DNA from: a virus
Taxonomy: Duplodnaviria > Heunggongvirae > Uroviricota > Caudoviricetes
Virus record (IMG/VR): IMGVR_UViG_2778261697_000006
Length of the DNA: 10,680 bases
Strand: one strand, 5' to 3'
A program made the translations under genes and the position numbers. The notes beneath the pieces are model-generated. The model saw only the letters and a list, made by a program, of their open reading frames with translations, ran no database searches and was not told the origin of the DNA. Positions 1-6,721 of the stretch are shown piece by piece; positions within the stretch are counted from its first letter, which is position 1; each line of letters starts with the position of its first letter.

Positions 1-360
1 ATGAGAATGACCAGCCGCAAAAAAGAGATACTTAGCTACTTTGAACCGGATAACCTCGAATGGGTGACAGGTGAGATTGGTGCGCCGCCGTTCGATGTGT
101 CGGGTGTGGCCTACCTGCTTCATGGCATGGTGTCGTTCGATAAGCGCCACCAGATCGAATCAACCCGGCGCACACTGGAAAGCATGGTTGCTGGTGGACT
201 GCTTGAGCGGGTGACAGTGTATGAATCGCGCCAGATACGGCGCGGCGGTGAAACTAACGCTACGGTCGTGCGCTACGGTTTACCCGGTCAGTGCGCTGTT
301 ATGCGCGATACTGGCGGCGCTGATAACGCAATATCAGGTGAATACATGCGGGTCAGTTAA
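1..360 (+). CDS. Hypothetical protein (119 aa), family not recognised
   Basis: ORF from ATG at base 1 to stop at 358-360; protein-like, non-repetitive composition. Its 3' end overlaps the convergent 353..895 gene by 8 nt. The true 5' end could lie upstream of the window. Confidence 0.45.
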   Translation: MRMTSRKKEILSYFEPDNLEWVTGEIGAPPFDVSGVAYLLHGMVSFDKRHQIESTRRTLESMVAGGLLERVTVYESRQIRRGGETNATVVRYGLPGQCAVMRDTGGADNAISGEYMRVS

Positions 361-895
361 TAGCCTGCAATCTGTCGTTGATGCGGCTCAGGTCGTAAAC
401 CCGGCGTTCAATATCCAGCATCAGGAAATTGTGGATCTCGGCCTGCTCAGGATTATCAGACTCTCTGGCCTGTAATAGCAATTCATTGTAACCATGCAAG
501 CCGCCTGAGTTTTCCGCCGGGGTTGTGCCTTTCCCACGCAGGCAGCTAATGGGCTGATTACTCGTATCGTGTGTTTGCTTCTCCAGCACAATGACGCAAT
601 CCCACCAGTCGCCAAAGTCATACGTGTAAACCAGCTTGTCCCCCTCATTCTGGAGCGCCGCCCATAGTGGCGTGATTGCCGCGTTACCCATGCTTTCATC
701 CTCACCCCATACGCGATACTCGCTACCTGGATCACCTTTACGCCCTTTCTCGAACATATACAGGTGTTCGTCATTCCAGCCAAAAGCTAACTGGATCACG
801 GCATGAAGTTTACTAAAGGGGATTTGCTCTGGAACCAGCACACGCCGCCATATAGGTGGTTTGCTGTCTCGGATGGTTATCTTTAGCTGGTACAT
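353..895 (-). CDS. pRiA4b ORF-3-like family protein (180 aa), function unknown
   Basis: N-terminus YQLKITIRDSKPPIWRRVLVPEQIPFSKLHAVIQLAFGWNDEHLYMF matches my recollection of the PF07929 pattern (YxLKI..L...PPIWRR..VP....L.LH..IQ.AFGW...HL..F). Weak AGGA-like SD about 5 nt before the ATG at 893-895; AT-rich putative promoter region 896-1015. Confidence 0.65.
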   Translation of the reverse strand: MYQLKITIRDSKPPIWRRVLVPEQIPFSKLHAVIQLAFGWNDEHLYMFEKGRKGDPGSEYRVWGEDESMGNAAITPLWAALQNEGDKLVYTYDFGDWWDCVIVLEKQTHDTSNQPISCLRGKGTTPAENSGGLHGYNELLLQARESDNPEQAEIHNFLMLDIERRVYDLSRINDRLQAIN

Positions 896-1015
896 GCAAA
901 TCCTGAATAAATGCGAATCGGAAGGATAACGATACTGACGTACTCACAATTCTGTAAAGGTGAATAAAGGAAATTTGCTTAATACGCATAAGTTACATGT
1001 GGAATAATCCCATAT

Positions 1016-1201
1016 CTACCTGCGCGGCGCTGGCTTCTTCCACTGGTAGGCAGGTGCTCGCATCATTTCGCGGAACCTGTCGCGCCGGGCTATATCGGCA
1101 TTAACTGAGCGTTCTATCTCCCGTTGATCTGCCTGTGTAAGCTGGTGGCCTCCGTGCTCAAGTTTGGCGATGGTCAATAAGGCTATTTCGCGTGGTGTCA
1201 T
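1016..1201 (-). CDS. Hypothetical small protein (61 aa)
   Basis: ATG at 1199-1201 preceded by a GAGGG SD-like motif (AGAGGGTATGACGT-ATG); charged, helical-looking sequence. No family recognised; short ORF, so uncertain. Confidence 0.4.
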   Translation of the reverse strand: MTPREIALLTIAKLEHGGHQLTQADQREIERSVNADIARRDRFREMMRAPAYQWKKPAPRR

Positions 1202-1335
1202 ACGTCATACCCTCTGGAAGGATGAAACACGCCCGGATTAAATTTCATTTTTCGCGGGTATGAAAAAACGATGGGGCGGGCAGTCCCGGACAGTCAGGGC
1301 TGTAGAGATTTGACTACCCCCTCCCCGCTGGTGGT

Positions 1336-1617
1336 CTACCTTTGCCTATTGCCGCCATTTAACCGGAAGGCGTTACCGTTCGGTTGCGCTATCCCCATGC
1401 GGTGTTGCGTTTCGGTAACAGCTTTATGCAGGTCGCCAAAGTCCTCAACCTTCACGGGCGGGCGCTTCACGTTCTCCAGACACGTTTCACGGCGGCGCTT
1501 TATCCATTCCCGATCATCGTCCTCGGTGCATAACAGCATGACTTCCATCCATCGCGCTGCGGCGCGTCGGTACAGCCCTTTTGCTTCCAGATCCTCGGCT
1601 TTACTGTCGTTTACCAT
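1336..1617 (-). CDS. PerC-family transcriptional activator-like protein (93 aa)
   Basis: N-terminal AEDLEAKGLYRRAAARWMEVM matches the LE.KGL.RRAA.RW motif I associate with PerC/Pch-type small regulators. GGGGGAGA SD about 6 nt before the ATG at 1615-1617; a TATAAT hexamer on the minus strand (1683-1688) upstream. Confidence 0.6.
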   Translation of the reverse strand: MVNDSKAEDLEAKGLYRRAAARWMEVMLLCTEDDDREWIKRRRETCLENVKRPPVKVEDFGDLHKAVTETQHRMGIAQPNGNAFRLNGGNRQR

Positions 1618-1830
1618 GTTTATCTCCCCCAGAATGGCGTTTCATCGTCGAATGGTGGGCGTTGGTCAAAATCATCAGGGGTATTATATAACTCCTATCC
1701 CGGCGCGGATTGTGTTGCGTGGCCTCCTGTGTGCCTGTAGCCTGGCTGATTCCGGTAATACTGCGGAGTTAGGTATACCGGCATAGCTTACCCGTGGAGA
1801 AATGAATCATCGAATGAGTTTGGTCTGGAG

Positions 1831-2502
1831 TTATTCCACCAGCAAAAATGGCGTTGCCCGGTCTATGACGTTGATGCCAATTAACGAGCTAACATTTCGA
1901 CCATTCACAATGCTATCCCGTTCAAGCAAATGCGCTATTTTTTCTACTTCATACCAGTATTGAGACATGAGGGCTTTGGTCTTTTCAACGAGTTTAGAAA
2001 GCATTAACTCCCTGTTAATTCGCTTATCTGTAGCGCAGATTAAATCGAGCATGTCATTTACGTTAGCCATGTCATAGCGATGAGGTAGCGAATACTTTTT
2101 GTTGAAAATATCGTTGTTTTCGTAAAGGGCTTCGCTTACTGGTCCGGCGAGGGATACAAAAGCGGCCTTTTTTGCATCGCGCTTTATACCATCCGCATAG
2201 TAACGTATGAAAGGGATAACTTTACCATTCTGCCCAACTACACCAGATTTACTATCCCGCAAACGCCCTAGATCGTGGCTGTGAATTATGCTGTGTTTAA
2301 CAACACCCAAACACTTGGCCTCATGTACATGTTCGCCAGCAACGTAACCGTATTCATCCATAACGGCGATAACCTGTATATCTAAGCGAATAAGCCATGC
2401 AGCTACTGCATGTCCCGCTTCGTGGAATGCTACACATCGTTTACCATCACCTATCCAGTTATAGAACATTTCATGCTCATATATCTGGTGAATGGCGCCC
2501 AT
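1831..2502 (-). CDS. Putative zinc metallopeptidase (223 aa) with HEAGH motif
   Basis: FHEAGHAVAAWLI near the N-terminus is an HExxH zinc-binding motif in an FtsH/M41-like context (HEAGHA). Start ATG at 2500-2502 overlaps the stop of the upstream small ORF (TAATG), indicating translational coupling. Visibly AT-richer than flanking genes. Confidence 0.7.
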   Translation of the reverse strand: MGAIHQIYEHEMFYNWIGDGKRCVAFHEAGHAVAAWLIRLDIQVIAVMDEYGYVAGEHVHEAKCLGVVKHSIIHSHDLGRLRDSKSGVVGQNGKVIPFIRYYADGIKRDAKKAAFVSLAGPVSEALYENNDIFNKKYSLPHRYDMANVNDMLDLICATDKRINRELMLSKLVEKTKALMSQYWYEVEKIAHLLERDSIVNGRNVSSLIGINVIDRATPFLLVE

Positions 2503-2675
2503 TACGCGCCCTCGCTTGCCAGTGAGGCCAGCGCCTTATCCATTAATCCCCGAGCAATTTCGTGGATCGTTGGCGCAACTCCTACCTCTGATTTTTTACG
2601 CTGCTCCTCCTGAATTTTCTTTATCGCTTCCATTTGCTTCTCACTTATCAATACCGGCTTTACTGAAATAGCCAT
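2502..2675 (-). CDS. Small ribbon-helix-helix-like protein (57 aa), first gene of a two-gene operon with the metallopeptidase
   Basis: ATG at 2673-2675 preceded by AAGGGG 4 nt upstream; the ORF-track extension to 2702 begins with TTG and lacks an SD, so I prefer the internal ATG. MAISVKPVLISEKQMEAIKKIQEE looks like a beta-strand followed by a helix (RHH/Arc/CopG-like). Stop overlaps the start of 1831..2502. Confidence 0.5.
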   Translation of the reverse strand: MAISVKPVLISEKQMEAIKKIQEEQRKKSEVGVAPTIHEIARGLMDKALASLASEGA

Positions 2676-2699
2676 AACGCCCCTTAGAACTGTATAAAA

Positions 2700-2745
2700 C
2701 AACAGTTATTATAGTTTCACAAATAGCAATATTTATCACCGTAAT
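2700..2745 (-). promoter_or_regulatory. Candidate sigma70-type promoter for the RHH-metallopeptidase operon
   Basis: Perfect TATAAT on the minus strand (plus 2708-2713) about 33 nt upstream of the ATG at 2675; only a weak -35 (ATAAAT at 17-nt spacing). AT-rich context. Confidence 0.3.
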
Positions 2746-2769
2746 TGCAAAATATGAAACAAATAGCAC

Positions 2770-2801
2770 AAAAAAATGCCGCCGCTCAGTAGCTGGTGGC
2801 A
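2770..2801 (-). terminator. Candidate intrinsic terminator ending the primase transcript
   Basis: Minus-strand transcript UGCCACCAGCUACUGAGCGGCGGCA forms a GC-rich imperfect hairpin (about 8 bp with one mismatch and one bulge) followed immediately by seven U (plus-strand A-run 2770-2776). The U-tract is on the minus strand only. Confidence 0.35.
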
Positions 2802-2811
2802 TCGTTCTGTG

Positions 2812-2826
2812 TGTCAAGTTTTGACA
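2812..2826. promoter_or_regulatory. Perfect palindrome TGTCAA-gtt-TTGACA, operator-like site
   Basis: 6-bp inverted repeat with 3-bp spacer read directly from the sequence. Half-sites equal the -35 consensus but no matching -10 lies at 16-18 bp on either strand, so I read it as a protein-binding site rather than a promoter. Confidence 0.3.
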
Positions 2827-2842
2827 AGTTTCGTTTTAAGCT

Positions 2843-2871
2843 CACCCCCCCATAGAATCTTTTTGGGGGTG
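2843..2871. other. GC-clamped hairpin / inverted repeat flanking the iteron array
   Basis: CACCCCC ... GGGGGTG 7-bp inverted repeat with a 15-nt loop; no U-tract follows on either strand, so not called a terminator. Confidence 0.3.
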
Positions 2872-2873
2872 TA

Positions 2874-3127
2874 ATATCCCTACCAATCCCTACTAACTGG
2901 CTCATGCCACGAATGGCAAGGCTTTCAGACTGGTAGGCATTCAATTTTGTTGCCCTACATAACCCTACTTATCCCTACTAAATCACTTCAACGGCATTTT
3001 ACTGCCTGTTTTATTTGGTAGGGATATGTAGGGATAAGTAGGGATAAAAATATATATCCCTACCTAGTTTAAAGCCTTGCTACGTCTGGCCTCGTCTCGT
3101 TTTTAGTAGGGCAGTAGGGATAAGTGC
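2874..3127. repeat. Iteron array, putative origin of replication (ori/crr-like)
   Basis: At least 10 copies of GTAGGGATA or its complement TATCCCTAC. Reverse copies at about 2875, 2886, 2952, 2962, 2971 and 3055; forward copies at 3019, 3028, 3038 and 3114, plus degenerate copies at 3106 and 2931. An AT-rich core (ATAAAAATATATAT, 3044-3057) sits between inverted copies. Lies immediately 3' of the primase gene, as P4 crr does relative to alpha. Confidence 0.75.
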
Positions 3128-3140
3128 CGCCGTAAAAGTT

Positions 3141-5582
3141 TCAATCATCACTCTGCCCGCTCTCCACACCGTAAGCGCGTGGCATGAACTCCTCAGCCTT
3201 CTCGTTATAGCCAACGTTGGTTTGCGCTCTGCCGTTAATGCTTCTCGTCAGGTAGCTGGCTCGGTACTCTTTTGCTGCTGATTTTATGGCGCGTGAAAAC
3301 TTATTGACGGAAAGCGGTTTACCCAGGCCGTGATACTCCATAAACGCCAGATAAAGATGATAAAGATATGTCCTCGGCTCTGGCTGGCCTGCCCATGTAC
3401 CTCCGCCCATCATCATGCCTTTGGGTTCGTTCATGAAAAAAAGCGCCGCACACATATCGACAACCGGATCTGTGCCGCGTTTAACCTCTAGCGCCTCCTG
3501 CGAATCGCGCTGCTCTAGTAATAGAGCCTTTGCTTTGTTCTGGTCGGCAAAGGTGGTTAGCAGGTGGCGGATAATCACCGGGATTTCTCGCCTGATTTTT
3601 GCGGTTAAATCCGGGTCTTTGTCTGCGTCTGATACCGGGTTATTAAACGGGAATATCACGCGGCGGCGGGCAATGCCCCCGTTTCGCTCCGTGAATGTCA
3701 TCGGCTCGTTATTGGTTGCCATAACAACGGCATTTATCACGGTTGTGAACTGCTTTTCATATTTCCCATCAATCTCTACCGGATCGCCGCCCGTAATGGC
3801 TTTAATCCCCGCACCCTCTCCAACGTAGCGGGTCTGGTCAGGCATAATAATCAGGCTTTTCCCTACGAACTGCGCCCGTCCCCGTGCGGTGTCCAGCGTC
3901 ATCATGCTACCGCTGGCGGTGTTGTGTTCACCTGCCAGCGTGGTTGCTATGCTGCTGAATACGGATTTCCCACTGCCGCCCTCGCCAGTTATCTCAATGA
4001 ATAGCTGCCAGTCGTGACGCTTCGCCAGCACCATAAACAAGGCTGCTTTGATACGCTCGGCCTTATGATGGTCGCCAGCCGTTGCATGATTCAGCCAACG
4101 GGTAAAATTGGGGGCGCTGGTGGTAATATTTTCCCCCGGCGCTGGCGGGGTGTAGGTGATCCCATTGTGGTTCATCAGCCAGTTACCCGGCGAATGGGCG
4201 GAAAACGTCTGCGTAGCGAGGTCATAAACGCCGTTATCAAAACCAATCAGATCCCCGCTCCGCTCACCAATTACCGGTATTTGCAGCTTCATGGTTGCGA
4301 CAACCGATTTAATCCCCTTTTCGGTGTAGTGGGCTTCGTGCTCGTCGAAAATTGCCACCATAACCCTTTCTAATTCGCTGTCTGGTAGCTTCACCCATAC
4401 GCCAGATTCGTAGCAGTAAACAGTGCCACTATCAGGGTTAACCGCCAACATATCCCATCGAGATGAAAGCAACCGCGCTTTCTGGCTGGCTGCCATTTGT
4501 GCAATATCTCCGACTTCGGCTTTACGGCGGGATTTACCGCCCGCAATGGCCTGTAGTTGTGGTTTCACGGCTTCCCCCTGAATCTGGTACATCGAATCGT
4601 TAAACGCAGCCGTAGCGACTTCCAGCCCGTTTTGCTGGCGGTAGTCGTCCCAGTCGGCTTTGTAGTCTGTCGGCGGCAGCGCCACCCAGCCAGCCACGGA
4701 TAAGGCGGCTTTCTCTGCGGCATCTTTGCCCGTGTTCGCCTGTTCGTCCTGCTGGTGGTCGTTATCTGCGGCAATGATAATTTGCGACTGCGGGTGTTTC
4801 CGGCGCATTACTCTGGCAACGTGGATCAGGTTCCCGGCGTCAATTGCCGCCACTGTAAGCGCGTCCGGGCGCATCAGGTGAACGGACAGGGCCGTCGCCA
4901 GCCCCTCGGCAATTAATACGCTCTGCGGCTGTTCTGGTGCGTTTACGGCGCGATATGCCCCGCGCTTTGCTGAACCTGTCAGGAGTCGCTTCTCTCCCTG
5001 CGGTGTAATGGTTTGCGCTGCTGCCACTGCGCCGGATTCGTCCACCAGCTCCAGCAATAACGAACCATCCGGCATAACCGGATAGTTAAACCCGGTCAGC
5101 CCTTTTGATTGCAGGTAATCAGATTCTCCCTGTGTGGCACTCTGGCGCATTCCGGCATACAGACGGGCAAACGTAGCCCTTCGCTGCTCTGCATCCTCTG
5201 CTGCCTGTTTCTGGCGCTCCTGCTCACGCTGCTGGCGGTCAGCTTCCAGTTGCTCTCTTCTATGGCTCGCTGCCACCGGGTCGGTTTCCGCTGCCCGGTA
5301 ATCAATACCCAGCACATCAGCGGCAAGCTGTGCCGCCTCCGTAGTGTCGCAGTTGTTCACCTTCTTAATCAGGTCTAAACCGTCACCAGCGCCACACTGA
5401 TTGCAGATAAAGCTACCGCGCCCGTTGTCGTCGAATCTGAAACGGTCTTTTCCACCACATGCAGGGCATGGAGAATGGCGGCGCGATGAATCAGGCACGT
5501 CGATAGACAATCCAGCCAGCACATAAGGCCAGCGCCCGGCGGCGGCACTGGTCACTTCGCGGATAAGGTCGATATTACGCAT
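3141..5582 (-). CDS. P4-alpha-like primase-helicase (813 aa): Zn-ribbon + TOPRIM primase + D5/P4-type NTPase
   Basis: CPACGG...CNQCG zinc-ribbon near the N-terminus; TOPRIM motifs LIAEGLATA (cf. P4 alpha/DnaG EGYATA) and IIIAADNDHQQDE; Walker A ITGEGGSGKS around nt 3963-3986. Strong AGGAGG SD 5 nt before the ATG at 5580-5582. Start overlaps the stop of the upstream 113-aa ORF by 8 nt. Confidence 0.9.
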   Translation of the reverse strand: MRNIDLIREVTSAAAGRWPYVLAGLSIDVPDSSRRHSPCPACGGKDRFRFDDNGRGSFICNQCGAGDGLDLIKKVNNCDTTEAAQLAADVLGIDYRAAETDPVAASHRREQLEADRQQREQERQKQAAEDAEQRRATFARLYAGMRQSATQGESDYLQSKGLTGFNYPVMPDGSLLLELVDESGAVAAAQTITPQGEKRLLTGSAKRGAYRAVNAPEQPQSVLIAEGLATALSVHLMRPDALTVAAIDAGNLIHVARVMRRKHPQSQIIIAADNDHQQDEQANTGKDAAEKAALSVAGWVALPPTDYKADWDDYRQQNGLEVATAAFNDSMYQIQGEAVKPQLQAIAGGKSRRKAEVGDIAQMAASQKARLLSSRWDMLAVNPDSGTVYCYESGVWVKLPDSELERVMVAIFDEHEAHYTEKGIKSVVATMKLQIPVIGERSGDLIGFDNGVYDLATQTFSAHSPGNWLMNHNGITYTPPAPGENITTSAPNFTRWLNHATAGDHHKAERIKAALFMVLAKRHDWQLFIEITGEGGSGKSVFSSIATTLAGEHNTASGSMMTLDTARGRAQFVGKSLIIMPDQTRYVGEGAGIKAITGGDPVEIDGKYEKQFTTVINAVVMATNNEPMTFTERNGGIARRRVIFPFNNPVSDADKDPDLTAKIRREIPVIIRHLLTTFADQNKAKALLLEQRDSQEALEVKRGTDPVVDMCAALFFMNEPKGMMMGGGTWAGQPEPRTYLYHLYLAFMEYHGLGKPLSVNKFSRAIKSAAKEYRASYLTRSINGRAQTNVGYNEKAEEFMPRAYGVESGQSDD

Positions 5583-5916
5583 GGTTGCCTCCTGCCACGG
5601 TCGCGCCCATGTCTTTAACCATGCTTTGCCATATCTCGCGCCCGACGTCAGTCAATCCGTCCTTAGTGACGCAACGCTCAAGAAGCTCGACCCCCACGGT
5701 TTCCCACTGCGGGTAGGACACTTTCATGGCTGCCAGTGTGTAGCTATCGATCAGGCTGCGAACGCCTTTTACTCCATTGACGATTTCCACACGGATTTGC
5801 TGGCCTGCCGCGTCAACCATGAAGTAATTGCCACCATTGATAGCCGTAATGTGGTTATACAGTGCCGTCGCATACTTATTCGCCAGCGCATTCAGTCGGA
5901 AATTTTTAGTAATCAT
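5575..5916 (-). CDS. Hypothetical protein (113 aa), in operon with the primase
   Basis: ATG at 5914-5916 preceded by GAGGGGG; 3' end overlaps the primase start by 8 nt. No family recognised. Confidence 0.55.
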   Translation of the reverse strand: MITKNFRLNALANKYATALYNHITAINGGNYFMVDAAGQQIRVEIVNGVKGVRSLIDSYTLAAMKVSYPQWETVGVELLERCVTKDGLTDVGREIWQSMVKDMGATVAGGNHA

Positions 5917-5970
5917 GTCGCCCCCTCAGTGCGCCAGCGGCATTTCCCGATTTAATGGTCGGTGCGTTGC

Positions 5971-6234
5971 TCATGCGCTGCCCTCCGCATCAATTCTGGC
6001 TATATCGACAATCGTCAGGACTTTACTCAGCCAGCAATACACGATTTCGGCCTGTTCATCGTTTAGTTGAGTGGCTAAATCAGTCATAACGTGAGCCAGC
6101 CCATTGCGGGCGCGGGTCATGCGTTCTGCTGTTCGGTCTGCCAGCGTAAAATCATCCGGGTATGATTCTTTGCGAGATAGCATCGCTTCGGCTTCCAGCT
6201 CTGCCGGGTGGCGGTAGATGGTAGTTATGTTCAT
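5971..6234 (-). CDS. Hypothetical protein (87 aa)
   Basis: ATGA start/stop overlap with the upstream 104-aa ORF; GGGAGGG SD-like motif upstream. No family recognised. Confidence 0.5.
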   Translation of the reverse strand: MNITTIYRHPAELEAEAMLSRKESYPDDFTLADRTAERMTRARNGLAHVMTDLATQLNDEQAEIVYCWLSKVLTIVDIARIDAEGSA

Positions 6235-6545
6235 TTGCCCGCCCTCCCTTTGGCTTCTTTTTCACTGATTGAGCGCAAGAATGCGGCGTTTGCAGCGCTA
6301 TCGTTCAGCGCCCGCGCAACTTCTCCGATATGTCCCAGCATTGCGCCTAATCTGTACATATCAGCCTTAGCGCTTTCCTCCGGGTAGCCATCGCTACCAG
6401 CCGCCCAGAACATGAGGCTACCAATGGCACTTACGCCCAGCATTAAATCATCCACGGCATCACTGGCGCAGCTCTCAATTCCTTTCAGATCATCAGGTGT
6501 ACAACCATCAAATTTGCAGGACACTAAATCGTTATACATGCTCAT
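6231..6545 (-). CDS. Hypothetical protein (104 aa)
   Basis: ATG at 6543-6545 preceded by GAGGTGG; ATGA overlap with the ORF upstream and with the 87-aa ORF downstream. No family recognised. Confidence 0.5.
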   Translation of the reverse strand: MSMYNDLVSCKFDGCTPDDLKGIESCASDAVDDLMLGVSAIGSLMFWAAGSDGYPEESAKADMYRLGAMLGHIGEVARALNDSAANAAFLRSISEKEAKGRAGK

Positions 6546-6721
6546 GCTGCCACCTCACGAATGCGGGTAATCTGGATGTGGGAAAGGCGTTCATTTCTGG
6601 CCTGATCTAGCGCCTCAGCTTTGGCGCTGATCGCGCTGCGGGCGTCAACGATATAAACGAACTCGACTAATTCTCCGCTCCGGGCGGTGGCGCATCCTGC
6701 AACACGGAAGTAATTAAGCAT
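6542..6721 (-). CDS. Hypothetical small protein (59 aa), coupled to the 312-aa gene
   Basis: Internal ATG at 6719-6721 of the 138-aa track ORF, 2 nt upstream of the 312-aa stop (TAA 6714-6716), preceded by GGGGG. The remaining N-terminal 79 codons of the track ORF (6722..6958) overlap the 312-aa gene and look like a low-complexity off-frame (L/P/R-rich). Confidence 0.35.
   Translation of the reverse strand: MLNYFRVAGCATARSGELVEFVYIVDARSAISAKAEALDQARNERLSHIQITRIREVAA

Noticed and set aside
421-783. 120-aa minus-strand ORF overlapping the pRiA4b-ORF3-like gene in another frame
   Set aside because: Entirely inside 353..895, whose translation carries a recognisable conserved signature; the alternative frame is R/C/T-rich and looks non-coding.
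1270-1300. Possible terminator between the PerC-like gene and the 61-aa ORF (CGGG-CAGT-CCCG followed by a T-run on the minus strand)
   Set aside because: Stem is only 4 bp and the T6 run lies about 8 nt past the stem; not a convincing intrinsic terminator.
2676-2702. Extension of the RHH ORF to a TTG start at 2700-2702
   Set aside because: No SD upstream of the TTG, whereas the internal ATG at 2673-2675 has AAGGGG 4 nt upstream; the extension would also overlap the predicted -10/transcription-start region.
2812-2826. TTGACA hexamers as -35 elements of a promoter on either strand
   Set aside because: No acceptable -10 hexamer at 16-18 bp spacing on either strand; recorded as a palindromic operator-like site instead.
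2874-3127. Short direct and inverted repeats that could be mistaken for a CRISPR array
   Set aside because: Repeat unit is only 9 bp, occurs in both orientations with irregular spacing and no spacer-sized unique intervals; this is an iteron-type origin, not CRISPR.
3415-5378. Track ORFs inside the primase gene on the plus strand or other minus frames (3415..3828, 4014..4373, 4565..4774, 5096..5326, 5109..5378)
   Set aside because: Fully embedded in the well-supported 813-aa primase-helicase gene; translations are low-complexity (R/S/T/P-rich) off-frame artefacts with no SD motifs.
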